Assembly: GCA_041666915.1 (NCBI GenBank)
Contig: JBAYFZ010000004.1
Location: forward strand, 1-58,422
Reading direction: 5' to 3'
Length of the DNA stretch: 58,422 nucleotides
DNA from: Minisyncoccota bacterium
GTDB taxonomy: Bacteria > Patescibacteriota > Minisyncoccia > Phycocordibacterales > PALSA-1337
Of the stretch, positions 33,867 through 42,868 are shown one piece after another. The notes under the pieces were generated by a model. That model saw nothing but the letters and a program-made list of their open reading frames with translations, had not been told where the DNA came from and searched no databases. The position numbers and the translations under genes are program-made. The stretch's first letter is position 1, and each line of letters starts with the position of its first letter.

Positions 33867-34649
33867 ATGAATGGTACTCACCATTTTCTCATGCCACCAG
33901 AACAGAAAAACGAAAAGATTATTGTTACGCCAGAGACCAAGTTATCTATTTTAATGACCTTTCTTTTTTCTTTTTTGGTAATCTGGAGCAATTTTTCGGA
34001 AAGGCCAGAGGTCTTTGTTCCTGAAAAAATAATTCCACGCGCCGTTTCTTCCAGAGAGATAGTCAGAGGAGATGTCTCAAAAAGACAAGTTATATTTACT
34101 TTTGATGGGGGAGATGGTATCTTGTCTGCTCGTAAAATTTTGGGAGCTTTGGCTAAGCATAAAGTAAAAGGAACTTTTTTTCTTACAGGTAAATTCATAG
34201 AAGCTCATCAAGCTATAACAAAACAGATAAATGAAGAAGGGCATGAAATATTTAGTCATACTTATGACCATCCACATCTGACGGAAATTTCTAGTAAAGA
34301 AATTTCTTTGGAAATGAGAAAGACGGATCAGATACTAGAGCAAACAATCGGTAAATCTTCAGGACCATATTTCCGAGCACCTTACGGCGATCGTGATGGT
34401 AGGGTAATAACCGAGATGTTCAGAGATGGTTATCAATCGGTTTATTGGACTATAGATGCTATGGATTGGTTGGAGAAAGAAGGAAAGACCAAAGACGAAG
34501 TAAAAAATCTGATTGCTTCAAGTTTGGCTCCGGGTAATATTTATCTTATGCACATAGGGGACAATATTACAGGGGATATTTTGGATGAAGTTTTTTCAAA
34601 TATTGAATCGCAAGGTTACAAGATTGTTTCTTTAACTCAAGGTTTATAA
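33867..34649 (+). CDS. Polysaccharide deacetylase (NodB homology domain), membrane-anchored
   Basis: VIFTFDGGDG, HEIFSHTYDHPHL. Confidence 0.85.
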   Translation: MNGTHHFLMPPEQKNEKIIVTPETKLSILMTFLFSFLVIWSNFSERPEVFVPEKIIPRAVSSREIVRGDVSKRQVIFTFDGGDGILSARKILGALAKHKVKGTFFLTGKFIEAHQAITKQINEEGHEIFSHTYDHPHLTEISSKEISLEMRKTDQILEQTIGKSSGPYFRAPYGDRDGRVITEMFRDGYQSVYWTIDAMDWLEKEGKTKDEVKNLIASSLAPGNIYLMHIGDNITGDILDEVFSNIESQGYKIVSLTQGL

Positions 34650-34655
34650 TTTTTT

Positions 34656-35228
34656 ATGAGGAAATCTTCAGGAATAAAAAAGAATAAAGCTAGACAAGAA
34701 CTTACAAAGGATTTTACACTTGTTTTTCTCGGTGCTGTCATCGCTTTTAGTATGGCAAATCTGGGGATAATAAGTTGGTTGGTAAATAGTATTGGAAATC
34801 AAATCATTTCAAGTTTCTTGGCTGGAATATTTTTTACTTCAGTTTTCACCATCGCTCCAGCTTCGGTGGCTTTGGTCAGTATTTCCAGCATTTCTCCTAT
34901 GACGGTAGCTTTTTGGGGAGCTCTAGGTGCAATGTGTGGAGATCTCATCCTTTTCTTTTTCATTCGTGATAGGTTCGCTGATGATGTTATCGCTTCGGTC
35001 AAACCTTCTGTAATGAAGCATATTTTAAGTTCTTTTCATTTGGGTTTTATGAAATGGTTATCGCCAATCTTGGGAGCTTTGATAATCGCTTCACCATTAC
35101 CCGACGAATTCGGTCTGACATTACTCGGTCTTTCCAGAACAAAAATTTCTATTTTGATACCAATTTCTTTAGTTATGAATTTCACCGGTATTTATTTACT
35201 CCTAAGGTTTGCTCAGGCGTCATTTTAG
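34656..35228 (+). CDS. Hypothetical multi-pass membrane protein
   Basis: About 5 TM helices and an ASPLPDE motif reminiscent of the YqaA/VTT family. Confidence 0.45.
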   Translation: MRKSSGIKKNKARQELTKDFTLVFLGAVIAFSMANLGIISWLVNSIGNQIISSFLAGIFFTSVFTIAPASVALVSISSISPMTVAFWGALGAMCGDLILFFFIRDRFADDVIASVKPSVMKHILSSFHLGFMKWLSPILGALIIASPLPDEFGLTLLGLSRTKISILIPISLVMNFTGIYLLLRFAQASF

Positions 35229-35336
35229 TGCAAAGTGAAAAGTGCAAAATGCAAAGTTGTAGTTATTAGTTGATAGTTAAGGAAACTTAATAATTTTTCA
35301 CTAAAACTTTGCATTTTGCACTTTTCACTTTGCACT
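35227..35336. repeat. 110-bp palindromic GTGCAAAG element, copy 1
   Basis: Arms AGTGCAAAGTGAAAAGTGCAAAATGCAAAGTT / AACTTTGCATTTTGCACTTTTCACTTTGCACT around a conserved core. It starts at the stop codon of the upstream gene. Confidence 0.9.
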
Positions 35337-35390
35337 TGTTGTAATGACACGCAACTTGCTTAACCTCCATTTCTCCTTTAAACTTGCTCC

Positions 35391-36047
35391 ATGAATACAA
35401 AACGATACATTTTTTGGGCTAGTTTCATCATTATATTGGGACTCATCATCTGGGGGCTTGTTGTTTCCATGAATAAGCCCGTAGTTGTTCCTGGAAAGAG
35501 TTTGGGTACACCAGCACCTGTGAGTAGTGCAGATCATGTTCTAGGACCAGAGAATGCGCCAGTTACGATCATTGAGTATAGTGATTTTCAATGTCCTGCT
35601 TGCGGAATTTACTATTATGTTGTTGAAAAGCTTTTGGCTAGCACGACTGTTCCTATCAAGTTCGTATACAGACATTTTCCATTGTCACAACATCAAAATG
35701 CTATCTCAGCTTCTTTAGCTTCAGAAGCCGCCAATGTTCAAGGCAAATTTTTTGAGATGTACAAACTCTTGTTTGAAAACCAAGACAAATGGTCAGAATT
35801 GGAAAATGCAAGTCTAACATTTGTCGGATATGCAAAAGATTTGGGACTTGATGTAGAAAGGTTTAAAGCTGATATGGCAAGTTCTACTTTGAAGGCACAT
35901 ATTAATAATGATTCCGATGAAGGTGTTCGTATTGGAATAAATTCTACTCCAACCTTCTTTGTCAACGGAAAAGCGATAACAAACCCACAAGGATATGATG
36001 AATTTAAAACAATTATTGAAAAATCCGCTTCAGGCAGTACCAAATAA
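35391..36047 (+). CDS. DsbA-family thiol:disulfide oxidoreductase
   Basis: N-terminal TM helix, CPAC active site (YSDFQCPACG), and HFPL...H.NA...QGKFFEM. Confidence 0.85.
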   Translation: MNTKRYIFWASFIIILGLIIWGLVVSMNKPVVVPGKSLGTPAPVSSADHVLGPENAPVTIIEYSDFQCPACGIYYYVVEKLLASTTVPIKFVYRHFPLSQHQNAISASLASEAANVQGKFFEMYKLLFENQDKWSELENASLTFVGYAKDLGLDVERFKADMASSTLKAHINNDSDEGVRIGINSTPTFFVNGKAITNPQGYDEFKTIIEKSASGSTK

Positions 36048-36459
36048 TATAATCATATTTCTTTTGATTATAGCTTTGCTCGGTTTTGTTGATGCAAGTT
36101 ATTTGACGGTGGAACATTATCAAGGACGTATACCGCCATGTTCTATTACTGCTGGTTGTGATCTTGTTCTCACTAGTTCATATTCAGTAGTCCTCGGTAT
36201 ACCAGTCTCTTTGATGGGTTCTATTTTCTATCTTATTGTCCTTATTGGAGTCTTCGGATATCTAGAAAGTAAGAAGACTTGGCTATTAAAATGGACTCTC
36301 TTGCTCACGGTATTTGGTTTAGTGGCTTCTATGTGGTTCGTATATATACAAGTTTTCGTAATTCATTCATATTGCTTGTATTGTCTGGGTTCAGCTTTTA
36401 CTTCTACGGTCTTGTTTGCAGTAGCTATGGAAATCTTTAGAAAATATCAAGAAAAATAA
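35995..36459 (+). CDS. Vitamin K epoxide reductase (VKOR) family protein
   Basis: 4 TM helices, loop cysteines PPCSITAGC, and CLYC in the last helix. The annotated start overlaps dsbA by 53 nt, so the start is uncertain. Confidence 0.75.
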   Translation: MMNLKQLLKNPLQAVPNNIIIFLLIIALLGFVDASYLTVEHYQGRIPPCSITAGCDLVLTSSYSVVLGIPVSLMGSIFYLIVLIGVFGYLESKKTWLLKWTLLLTVFGLVASMWFVYIQVFVIHSYCLYCLGSAFTSTVLFAVAMEIFRKYQEK

Positions 36460-36460
36460 T

Positions 36461-37423
36461 ATGAAAAAATCCAACATTCTTGTGACAGAACCAAGCTCTG
36501 ATTACGAGCTTATTGATTCTGGAGATGGAGAGAAGTTGGAACGATTTGGCAAAATTGTTTTGTCACGTCCTGACCCACAAGCTTTGTGGAGTAAAAAATT
36601 GGATATATCAGAATGGAAAAAAGCCAATGGATCTTTTACTAGGGAAGAAGGTTCTGGTTGGTCACTTTCAAAAGGAATGGTAGATAAGTGGACTATAGAA
36701 TTGGGTGGTCTCAAGTTTATTATAAAACCAACAGCTTTCAAGCACGTTGGTCTGTTTCCAGAGCAATCGGTCAATTGGGAATGGCTCAAAGAACAAGTGC
36801 AAAGTGACCCAGTAGGTGATTCTGCTGAATCAAAAGTGAAAGTGCAAAATTCTGTCGCAGGGGCAGAGCTAGAAGTCTTAAACCTATTTGGTTATACAGG
36901 TGGAGCTACTTTGGCTTGTGCTAGGGCAGATGCGAAAGTTGTTCATGTAGATGGTTCAAAGTCCGCTATCGCTTGGGCTCGTGAGAATGCCGAAGCTTCC
37001 GGTTTGGACAAAAAGCCAGTCCGTTGGATATTGGATGATGCTAGGGCTTTCGTCTCTCGTGAGATAAAGCGTGATAGAAAATATGATGGTATCATCATGG
37101 ATCCACCAGCTTTTGGTCATGGTCCAGACAATGAATTATGGAAAATTGAAGAAAACTTTTTACCACTTGTAAAAGATTGTTTCAAAATTCTAAAAGATAA
37201 ACCTTCTTTTTTCCTTATCAATGGTTATTCAGCAGGTTACTCTGCAGTTGCTTATGAAAATATTCTTTTACCATTGGTTGAAAAATATGGTGGCTCTATA
37301 GAAATAGGGGAACTTGTTATAAAAGAAGGACAAAATTCTGTCACATCTGAAAACACTGATTCTCAATTATCTGAGCCAAGATTGCTTCCTTGTGGAATAT
37401 TTGCTAGATGGAGTGCAAAATAG
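36461..37423 (+). CDS. Class I SAM-dependent RNA methyltransferase (RlmI/RlmK-like)
   Basis: LNLFGYTGGATLACA, VHVDGSK, GIIMDPPAFG. Confidence 0.8.
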   Translation: MKKSNILVTEPSSDYELIDSGDGEKLERFGKIVLSRPDPQALWSKKLDISEWKKANGSFTREEGSGWSLSKGMVDKWTIELGGLKFIIKPTAFKHVGLFPEQSVNWEWLKEQVQSDPVGDSAESKVKVQNSVAGAELEVLNLFGYTGGATLACARADAKVVHVDGSKSAIAWARENAEASGLDKKPVRWILDDARAFVSREIKRDRKYDGIIMDPPAFGHGPDNELWKIEENFLPLVKDCFKILKDKPSFFLINGYSAGYSAVAYENILLPLVEKYGGSIEIGELVIKEGQNSVTSENTDSQLSEPRLLPCGIFARWSAK

Positions 37424-37466
37424 GTGATATTTAAGTATATTCGTCTAATATGCTATGCTTTTTTGT

Positions 37467-38333
37467 ATGTCAGCTATTATTTTAGATGGAAAGAAAACTC
37501 GCGACGAAGCTATACCAGAACTCGCTAAAAGAGTTACGGAGCTTTCTTTTGTGCCAAGTTTAGTCATTATTCAAGTTGGAGAAAGAGCTGATTCTACTTC
37601 ATTTATAAAATCCAAAAAATCGTTTGCTGAAAAGATCGGTGTAAATACGAAGCATATTCAAGTGCCCGAAAATATAAAACAGGACGAACTTGTAGATATT
37701 ATAAAAAAGAACAATGAAGATGCTTCTGTAAATGGAATTATTGTTCAATTACCTTTACCTTCAGAAATTGATCGTGATGTCGTCATTGATACTATTTTGC
37801 CAAATAAAGATGTAGACGCTCTGACTGCTCACAACGTAAAACGTTGGTTGGATGGTAATGAAAACGCTATCATGCCGGCAACAGCTAGGGGTATTCGTGA
37901 ACTTTTGAGAAAATATAAGATAGGGCTTTCTGGCAAGAAAGTCGTAGTAGTTGGACGTTCAACCTTGGTAGGGAAACCTATCACCGCTATGTGTCTGGAT
38001 GAAAATGCTACAGTTACAGTTTGTCATAGTAAAACTCCCGATCTTGCCAAAGAAACACAAAGTGCAGATGTAGTCATTGTTGCTGTTGGTAAGCAAGGTC
38101 TCATAAAAGCTGAGCATGTAAAAGCTGGGCAAATTATCATTGACGTTGGTATCAATACAGTTGAGGGTAAAAAGCTTGATGATGAAATCCCTAACAAGAA
38201 ACTTTATGGTGATGTTGATTTTGAAAATGTTGTAGGCAAAGTTTCGGCTATTACACCTGTTCCTGGTGGGGTAGGACCGATGACCGTGCTATCCCTTTTT
38301 GAAAACTTGTTGGATTTGTGCAAAAAAGTTTAG
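37467..38333 (+). CDS. folD: Bifunctional methylene-THF dehydrogenase / methenyl-THF cyclohydrolase
   Basis: ILDGKK, VQLPLP, VVGRSTLVGKP, VCHSKT, PVPGGVGPMTV. Confidence 0.9.
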   Translation: MSAIILDGKKTRDEAIPELAKRVTELSFVPSLVIIQVGERADSTSFIKSKKSFAEKIGVNTKHIQVPENIKQDELVDIIKKNNEDASVNGIIVQLPLPSEIDRDVVIDTILPNKDVDALTAHNVKRWLDGNENAIMPATARGIRELLRKYKIGLSGKKVVVVGRSTLVGKPITAMCLDENATVTVCHSKTPDLAKETQSADVVIVAVGKQGLIKAEHVKAGQIIIDVGINTVEGKKLDDEIPNKKLYGDVDFENVVGKVSAITPVPGGVGPMTVLSLFENLLDLCKKV

Positions 38334-38413
38334 TCTGTTGGTATTTGCATTATTCTTGCTCAAAACCTAACAAGGCGATAATATAAGTTGATTAATCACT
38401 AAATACAAATAAT

Positions 38414-39196
38414 ATGAATATTCCTGAAAAATTATGGAAGTCGTTAATGGGGGTCTTTGGTTTGTTAACTATCTTTTTGATAGTTGTTTCTGTTAAAGAA
38501 ATCAAATCTATCTTTTACGTTAGTCCAAACCCAATTGTTACCAATACTATTACTGTTGAAGGTACTGGTGACGCTATCGCTGTTCCCGATATTGCCACAT
38601 TCTCATTTAGTGTAACCGAGACTGCCAAGACTGTAGCTGATGCTCAAGATCAAGCAACGGCAAAGATGAATTCTGCTTTGAAAGCAATCCGTGATGGTGG
38701 TGTCGCTGATAAAGATATTCAGACTCAATCTTATTCTATAAATCCTCATTATGAATATCAGGGTAGTGTCTGTTCAACCTATAGTTGTCCTCCTTCAAAA
38801 TCTATTTTGACTGGTTATGAAGTCAGTCAGAGCATCGTGGTCAAAGTCCGTGATTTGAAGAAAGCTGGAACGTTGTTCACTTCTATCGGGACTTTGGGTG
38901 TTCAAAATATTGGCAACCTCTCATTCTCAGTTGATGAACCTGATGTTGTAAAAGCTAAAGCAAGAGCAGAAGCTATCGCCAATGCTCAATCAAAGGCCAA
39001 GGAGTTAGCAAAGCAACTCGGTGTTTCTCTAGTCCGTATTACCAGTTTCTCTGAAAATAATAGTAATTACCCACGTCCTATTTATGGAATGGGTGGAGAC
39101 ATGATGTCTGCAAAGGTTTCTTCAGCTTCGCCTGAGATACCAGTAGGTGAGCAGAAGGTTACGAATAGTGTTTCTATTACTTACGAGATTAAGTAG
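38414..39196 (+). CDS. SIMPL-domain (DUF541) protein
   Basis: N-terminal TM helix, and ITVEGTGDAIAVPDIATFSFSV...DIQTQSYSINP. Confidence 0.8.
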   Translation: MNIPEKLWKSLMGVFGLLTIFLIVVSVKEIKSIFYVSPNPIVTNTITVEGTGDAIAVPDIATFSFSVTETAKTVADAQDQATAKMNSALKAIRDGGVADKDIQTQSYSINPHYEYQGSVCSTYSCPPSKSILTGYEVSQSIVVKVRDLKKAGTLFTSIGTLGVQNIGNLSFSVDEPDVVKAKARAEAIANAQSKAKELAKQLGVSLVRITSFSENNSNYPRPIYGMGGDMMSAKVSSASPEIPVGEQKVTNSVSITYEIK

Positions 39197-39298
39197 TATT
39201 AAGATTTGGTGGAGTTATTGCTGGACTGGGGAAATGGTGGAAAAGTTCGGTATTAAAATAGAAAGATCTGATAAGTAAAAAATTCTCATAAGATAAAA

Positions 39299-39330
39299 AA
39301 CAGCGGATTTGATCATTCGCTGTTTCTCTT
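39299..39330 (+). terminator. Hairpin terminator
   Basis: AACAGCG / CGCTGTT stem followed by TCTCTT. Confidence 0.45.
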
Positions 39331-39602
39331 GGTGAGGAAGGGAAATTTTTGGGCAAGTGCGGTGACGTATGGAAATTGCGTAATTGTAGTTAGGAATTTT
39401 TTTGAAGAAGCCTGCGAGGGAGGGGGATTTTTGAAGAAGTCGGCGGGGCGAGGTCGTATGCCAAATATAAATATTGATACCCCCGGGGTATCAGGTTAGG
39501 AAAGTCGTTAGGTACCCCTCCCCCGGGAGGGGGGATGTGGTGACGAAGAAAATATATGAACAAGAATCCTTGACTCTATATTTATGAGAAATTTAGATAT
39601 AT

Positions 39603-39635
39603 AAAAAAGTGCCACTCTTTGGTGGCACTGATTTT
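39603..39635 (-). terminator. Bidirectional terminator
   Basis: AGTGCCAC / GTGGCACT stem flanked by AAAAAA and ATTTT. Confidence 0.7.
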
Positions 39636-39651
39636 GATTATAGGTTTCTAG

Positions 39652-40059
39652 TTATTGAGACAAGGCAAGGAGTAAGGTTACTCGATCTGATTCTTCTCCA
39701 AAATTCATCTCACGGATATCTTTAGCGGTACTCCAAGTAAATACAGAAGTTTTTTCTGGGTCAATCCCGATATCTTCTGAATGGAAGTTTGCTTTGAAGG
39801 CAAATACTTCCGTTCGTTTTCTTGTGTAGTGTCGTAGTAAAGGGGTATTTTTACATTCCGACATAATCTTAAAACCAACGCGCCGGCCCAATTCCATGTT
39901 GACTGCGTCGTGTACATCTTCAACCCACATATCCATATCTTGTTCATGGGTTGGAGCACATTCGACTGGAAGTGGAAACGGGGTTCTTCCTATTCTGGTG
40001 AGTACTTTTTTAGTGTCATCGAATCTCGCAACGATGATTAGTTGAATAAGTGTTGGCAT
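39652..40059 (-). CDS. Hypothetical 135-aa protein
   Basis: The ORF has a terminator. A Nudix-fold resemblance is possible but the Nudix box is not intact. Confidence 0.45.
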   Translation of the reverse strand: MPTLIQLIIVARFDDTKKVLTRIGRTPFPLPVECAPTHEQDMDMWVEDVHDAVNMELGRRVGFKIMSECKNTPLLRHYTRKRTEVFAFKANFHSEDIGIDPEKTSVFTWSTAKDIREMNFGEESDRVTLLLALSQ

Positions 40060-40199
40060 AATGTTATTTAGTTGTGTTTACTATCTAATTCAGAGATTAC
40101 CTCTTATTGATGAAAAGTCAATCTATTCTCCTTGACTTTACCACCCCCAAGATATACTATACACAGGTAGTCCCCAACAGGGGTTTTTTAATACAAATT

Positions 40200-40376
40200 A
40201 TGAAAATTACTGAATATATCAAGGATACAAGGGCCGAAATGAATCACGTCAACTGGCCAACACGAGCAGAAACCATAAGGTTTACAGTCTTGGTTATTGC
40301 CGTTTCTCTAGCTGTCTCAATTGTTCTCGGCGTATCAGATTTCGTTTTTGAAAGATTACTTACGCTATTATTCTAA
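40200..40376 (+). CDS. secE: Preprotein translocase subunit SecE
   Basis: EMNHVNWPTRAETIRFTVLVIAVSLAVSIVLG, and the position upstream of nusG. The ATG at 40200 is preferred. Confidence 0.75.
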   Translation: MKITEYIKDTRAEMNHVNWPTRAETIRFTVLVIAVSLAVSIVLGVSDFVFERLLTLLF

Positions 40377-40449
40377 GTCTTTGCGAAATCCACAAGATAT
40401 CCACATGTCTTTAGGGACGCTTAAAAAGATACTTTAATCTTAATTAATC

Positions 40450-40995
40450 ATGACCAAACAACACACAACAGGTGAAAGAAGTTGGTACGCAATACATACG
40501 TATGCGGGCTATGAGAACGCGGTTGCACGTAACTTGAAACAGCGTATAGAATCTCTAGGAATGGAAGATAAGATTTTTGCTGTCATTGTTCCAACCGAAA
40601 AGAAGATCAAAGTCAAAGCTGGTAAGCGTGTTGAAGAGGAAGAGAAGATATATCCAGGATATGTTCTCGTGGACATGATAGTAACTGATGACTCTTGGTA
40701 TGTGGTCAGAAATACTCCACGTGTTACAGGCTTCGTTGGTGCAGGAGTTTCTCCGGTTCCTTTGGATCCAAAAGAGGTTGAGACTTTGTTTTCAAGAATG
40801 GAGAAGAGTACAACTCAACATTCCATTGATCTTACAAATGGAGATTTGGTCAAGATTTCTGATGGTCCGTTCAAAGATTTTGAAGGTAAGGTTGCAGAAG
40901 TTGATACAGAAAGAGGTAAAGTTAAGGTTTTGGTTTCAATGTTCGGACGAGAAACACCGGTTGAATTGGACTTTTTGCAAGTAAAGAAAGTGTAG
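40450..40995 (+). CDS. nusG: Transcription termination/antitermination factor NusG
   Basis: WYAIHTYAGYEN NGN domain and a KOW motif GDLVKISDGPFKDFEGKV. Confidence 0.9.
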   Translation: MTKQHTTGERSWYAIHTYAGYENAVARNLKQRIESLGMEDKIFAVIVPTEKKIKVKAGKRVEEEEKIYPGYVLVDMIVTDDSWYVVRNTPRVTGFVGAGVSPVPLDPKEVETLFSRMEKSTTQHSIDLTNGDLVKISDGPFKDFEGKVAEVDTERGKVKVLVSMFGRETPVELDFLQVKKV

Positions 40996-40999
40996 AGAG

Positions 41000-41031
41000 T
41001 AACCAATAACCAAACACCAATAATCAAGAGG
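41000..41031. repeat. AACCAATAACCAAACACCAATAA repeat, intergenic copy
   Basis: 30/32 identical to 52206-52237 inside ileS. Confidence 0.85.
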
Positions 41032-41089
41032 TGATTTAAAAGAGTTTGATTTAACAGATAACATGTAGTAGGATAGCAAAACTGAATTT

Positions 41090-41512
41090 ATGGCCAAAAA
41101 AATAATCAAAAAAGTTAAAGTGATAGCTCCAGCAGGGAAAGCAACCCCAGCCCCTCCTTTGGGTCCAACTTTGGGTCAGGCCGGCGTCAACATTGGTGAT
41201 TTTACCAAGAAGTTCAACGATGCTACCAAAGACAAGATTGGTGATATGATTCCAGTTCTCATCACAGTTTACGATGATCGTTCATATTCTTTCGTTTTGA
41301 AGACTCCTCCAGCTTCTAGTCTCATTTTGAAAGCTATCAAGAAAGACAAAGGTTCTGGAAAGCCAAACTTGAGTAAAGTCGGTACTATTACAAAGGCTCA
41401 GATCAAAGAAATTGCAGAAAAGAAAATGCAAGATTTGAATGCAAATACAGTTGAAGCAGCTTCAAAGATTATTGCCGGTACAGCTAGATCAATGGGTGTG
41501 GATGTGAAGTAA
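41090..41512 (+). CDS. rplK: 50S ribosomal protein L11
   Basis: [22 protein letters not shown]. Confidence 0.95.
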   Translation: MAKKIIKKVKVIAPAGKATPAPPLGPTLGQAGVNIGDFTKKFNDATKDKIGDMIPVLITVYDDRSYSFVLKTPPASSLILKAIKKDKGSGKPNLSKVGTITKAQIKEIAEKKMQDLNANTVEAASKIIAGTARSMGVDVK

Positions 41513-41523
41513 GTTCACTTAGT

Positions 41524-41630
41524 TAGAAGTTAAAAGTGCAAAGTGCAAAATTGTAGTTATTAGTGAATAGTTAAGGAAACTTAACAATTTTTCACTAAAA
41601 CTTTGCATTTTGCACTTTTAACTTTGCACT
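41524..41630. repeat. Palindromic GTGCAAAG element, copy 2
   Basis: Same core and right arm as 35227-35336. The left arm is partly deleted. Confidence 0.9.
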
Positions 41631-41637
41631 CAAAATT

Positions 41638-42135
41638 CTAATTTACTATTTCATACTCCAACAGCAACGTTCCTCCTTCAGTTTTTTCGCAATTCAAAAG
41701 TTTTAGTTTGAAATCCAGATCTTCTTTGAATAATTTCATACCTTCGCCAAAAAGTACTGGTTCAATGGTTAGATAGAGTTTACTTACGAGACCAGCTTTC
41801 ATAAACATATTATAAATCGTTGTACCACCACAGATGGCAACTTCTTTGAAGCCACGAGCTTCTAGACTCTTTAGAAGTTCTGTTGGTGGAAGTGCCGTGA
41901 TCTCCATCCCAGGCATGGTTGGTATTTCTGTAGGGGAGTAGACGACATTCAGACGATCTTTGAGTGGTTTGCCTAGTGTCTGCCAAGTATTGAGGCCCAT
42001 GACCATTACACCAGCGCGCTTGGTTATCTCAACAAAGCGCTTTTTGTCTTCTTTGCTGGTCCACATTGCGGCATGCGTCTGATTTTTGGCTATGAAGCCG
42101 TCGGCGGTCAAGGCGGAAATGATGAAGGTTTTCAT
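41638..42135 (-). CDS. Dihydrofolate reductase-like (RibD C-terminal domain family)
   Basis: FIISALTADGFIA, MGLNTWQTL, ICGGTTIYNMF. Confidence 0.65.
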   Translation of the reverse strand: MKTFIISALTADGFIAKNQTHAAMWTSKEDKKRFVEITKRAGVMVMGLNTWQTLGKPLKDRLNVVYSPTEIPTMPGMEITALPPTELLKSLEARGFKEVAICGGTTIYNMFMKAGLVSKLYLTIEPVLFGEGMKLFKEDLDFKLKLLNCEKTEGGTLLLEYEIVN

Positions 42136-42238
42136 AAAAAGATTATAACATTACATAGATTTTAATACTTATCATTTAGATATGAATTTTTGAACTTGTC
42201 ATGATTGCATTCTTGTCCTCGTAGATTATACTTCTAGA

Positions 42239-42868
42239 ATGACTAAAAAAGGATTTGTTACCAGAGGAGGAATATTCGCGCTAGGTTCTAATTTCAAGGA
42301 TCGCTTTGTGCCGGATTACAATCATCTAAAGAGACTCGTAGATCATTGTAAGGGTGTAGGCCTCAAGATAGTCCTTACTCAAGGAACTTATGATATGGCT
42401 CATATCGGTCACGCTAGATATTTTGAAGAAGCTAGGAAGCATGGAGACTTGTTGGTTGTTGGTGTAGATAGTGATAAGAAGGTAAAAGCTAGAAAAGGTC
42501 CAGATCGCCCTATTGTGCCTCAAACTGAGCGTTTGGAAATGGTTACGCATCTTCGTTCTGTAGATATTGTCACTTTGAAGGAGCTTAATGTTCCTAGGTG
42601 GCATCTCATCAAGACGGTTGAGCCAGACGTTTTGATTATTACAAAAGAAACTTTGGAGAAATATTCAAAAGAAGAAGTAAAAGAGATGAGTTCATATTGT
42701 GGAAAAGTCGTTACGTTGGCGCCAATGGCTACAACTTCTACTAGTGCCAAGATTAGACTTCTTCAACTCAAGCTCGCCAAGAAGTTTGAAAAGGCTATAG
42801 TACCAAAATTGGCAGATATGATCAGTTCTGCTCTCGGATATCCAAAAAATGCCGGTAAAAAGAAATAA
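42239..42868 (+). CDS. Cytidylyltransferase-like nucleotidyltransferase
   Basis: HxGH motif GTYDMAHIGHARYFEEARKHGD, and VGVDSD. Confidence 0.7.
   Translation: MTKKGFVTRGGIFALGSNFKDRFVPDYNHLKRLVDHCKGVGLKIVLTQGTYDMAHIGHARYFEEARKHGDLLVVGVDSDKKVKARKGPDRPIVPQTERLEMVTHLRSVDIVTLKELNVPRWHLIKTVEPDVLIITKETLEKYSKEEVKEMSSYCGKVVTLAPMATTSTSAKIRLLQLKLAKKFEKAIVPKLADMISSALGYPKNAGKKK

Noticed and set aside
35995-36047. The 53-nt overlap between dsbA and the VKOR gene could signal a fusion or frameshift.
   Set aside because: The two are in different frames with an intact dsbA stop. The VKOR start is more likely a downstream non-ATG codon or a genuine overlap. There is no evidence for a sequencing error.
39490-39520. 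GGAAAGTC in the 39.3-39.6 kb gap could be the RNase P RNA CR-I motif (GAGGAAAGUCCGG).
   Set aside because: Only 8 nt match. The obligatory UCCGG continuation and other conserved RNase P regions are absent on both strands.
41513-41637. Missing rplA after rplK might indicate a hidden or frameshifted gene.
   Set aside because: The 125-nt gap is fully occupied by the palindromic GTGCAAAG element and contains no L1-like ORF in any frame. rplA is presumably elsewhere.
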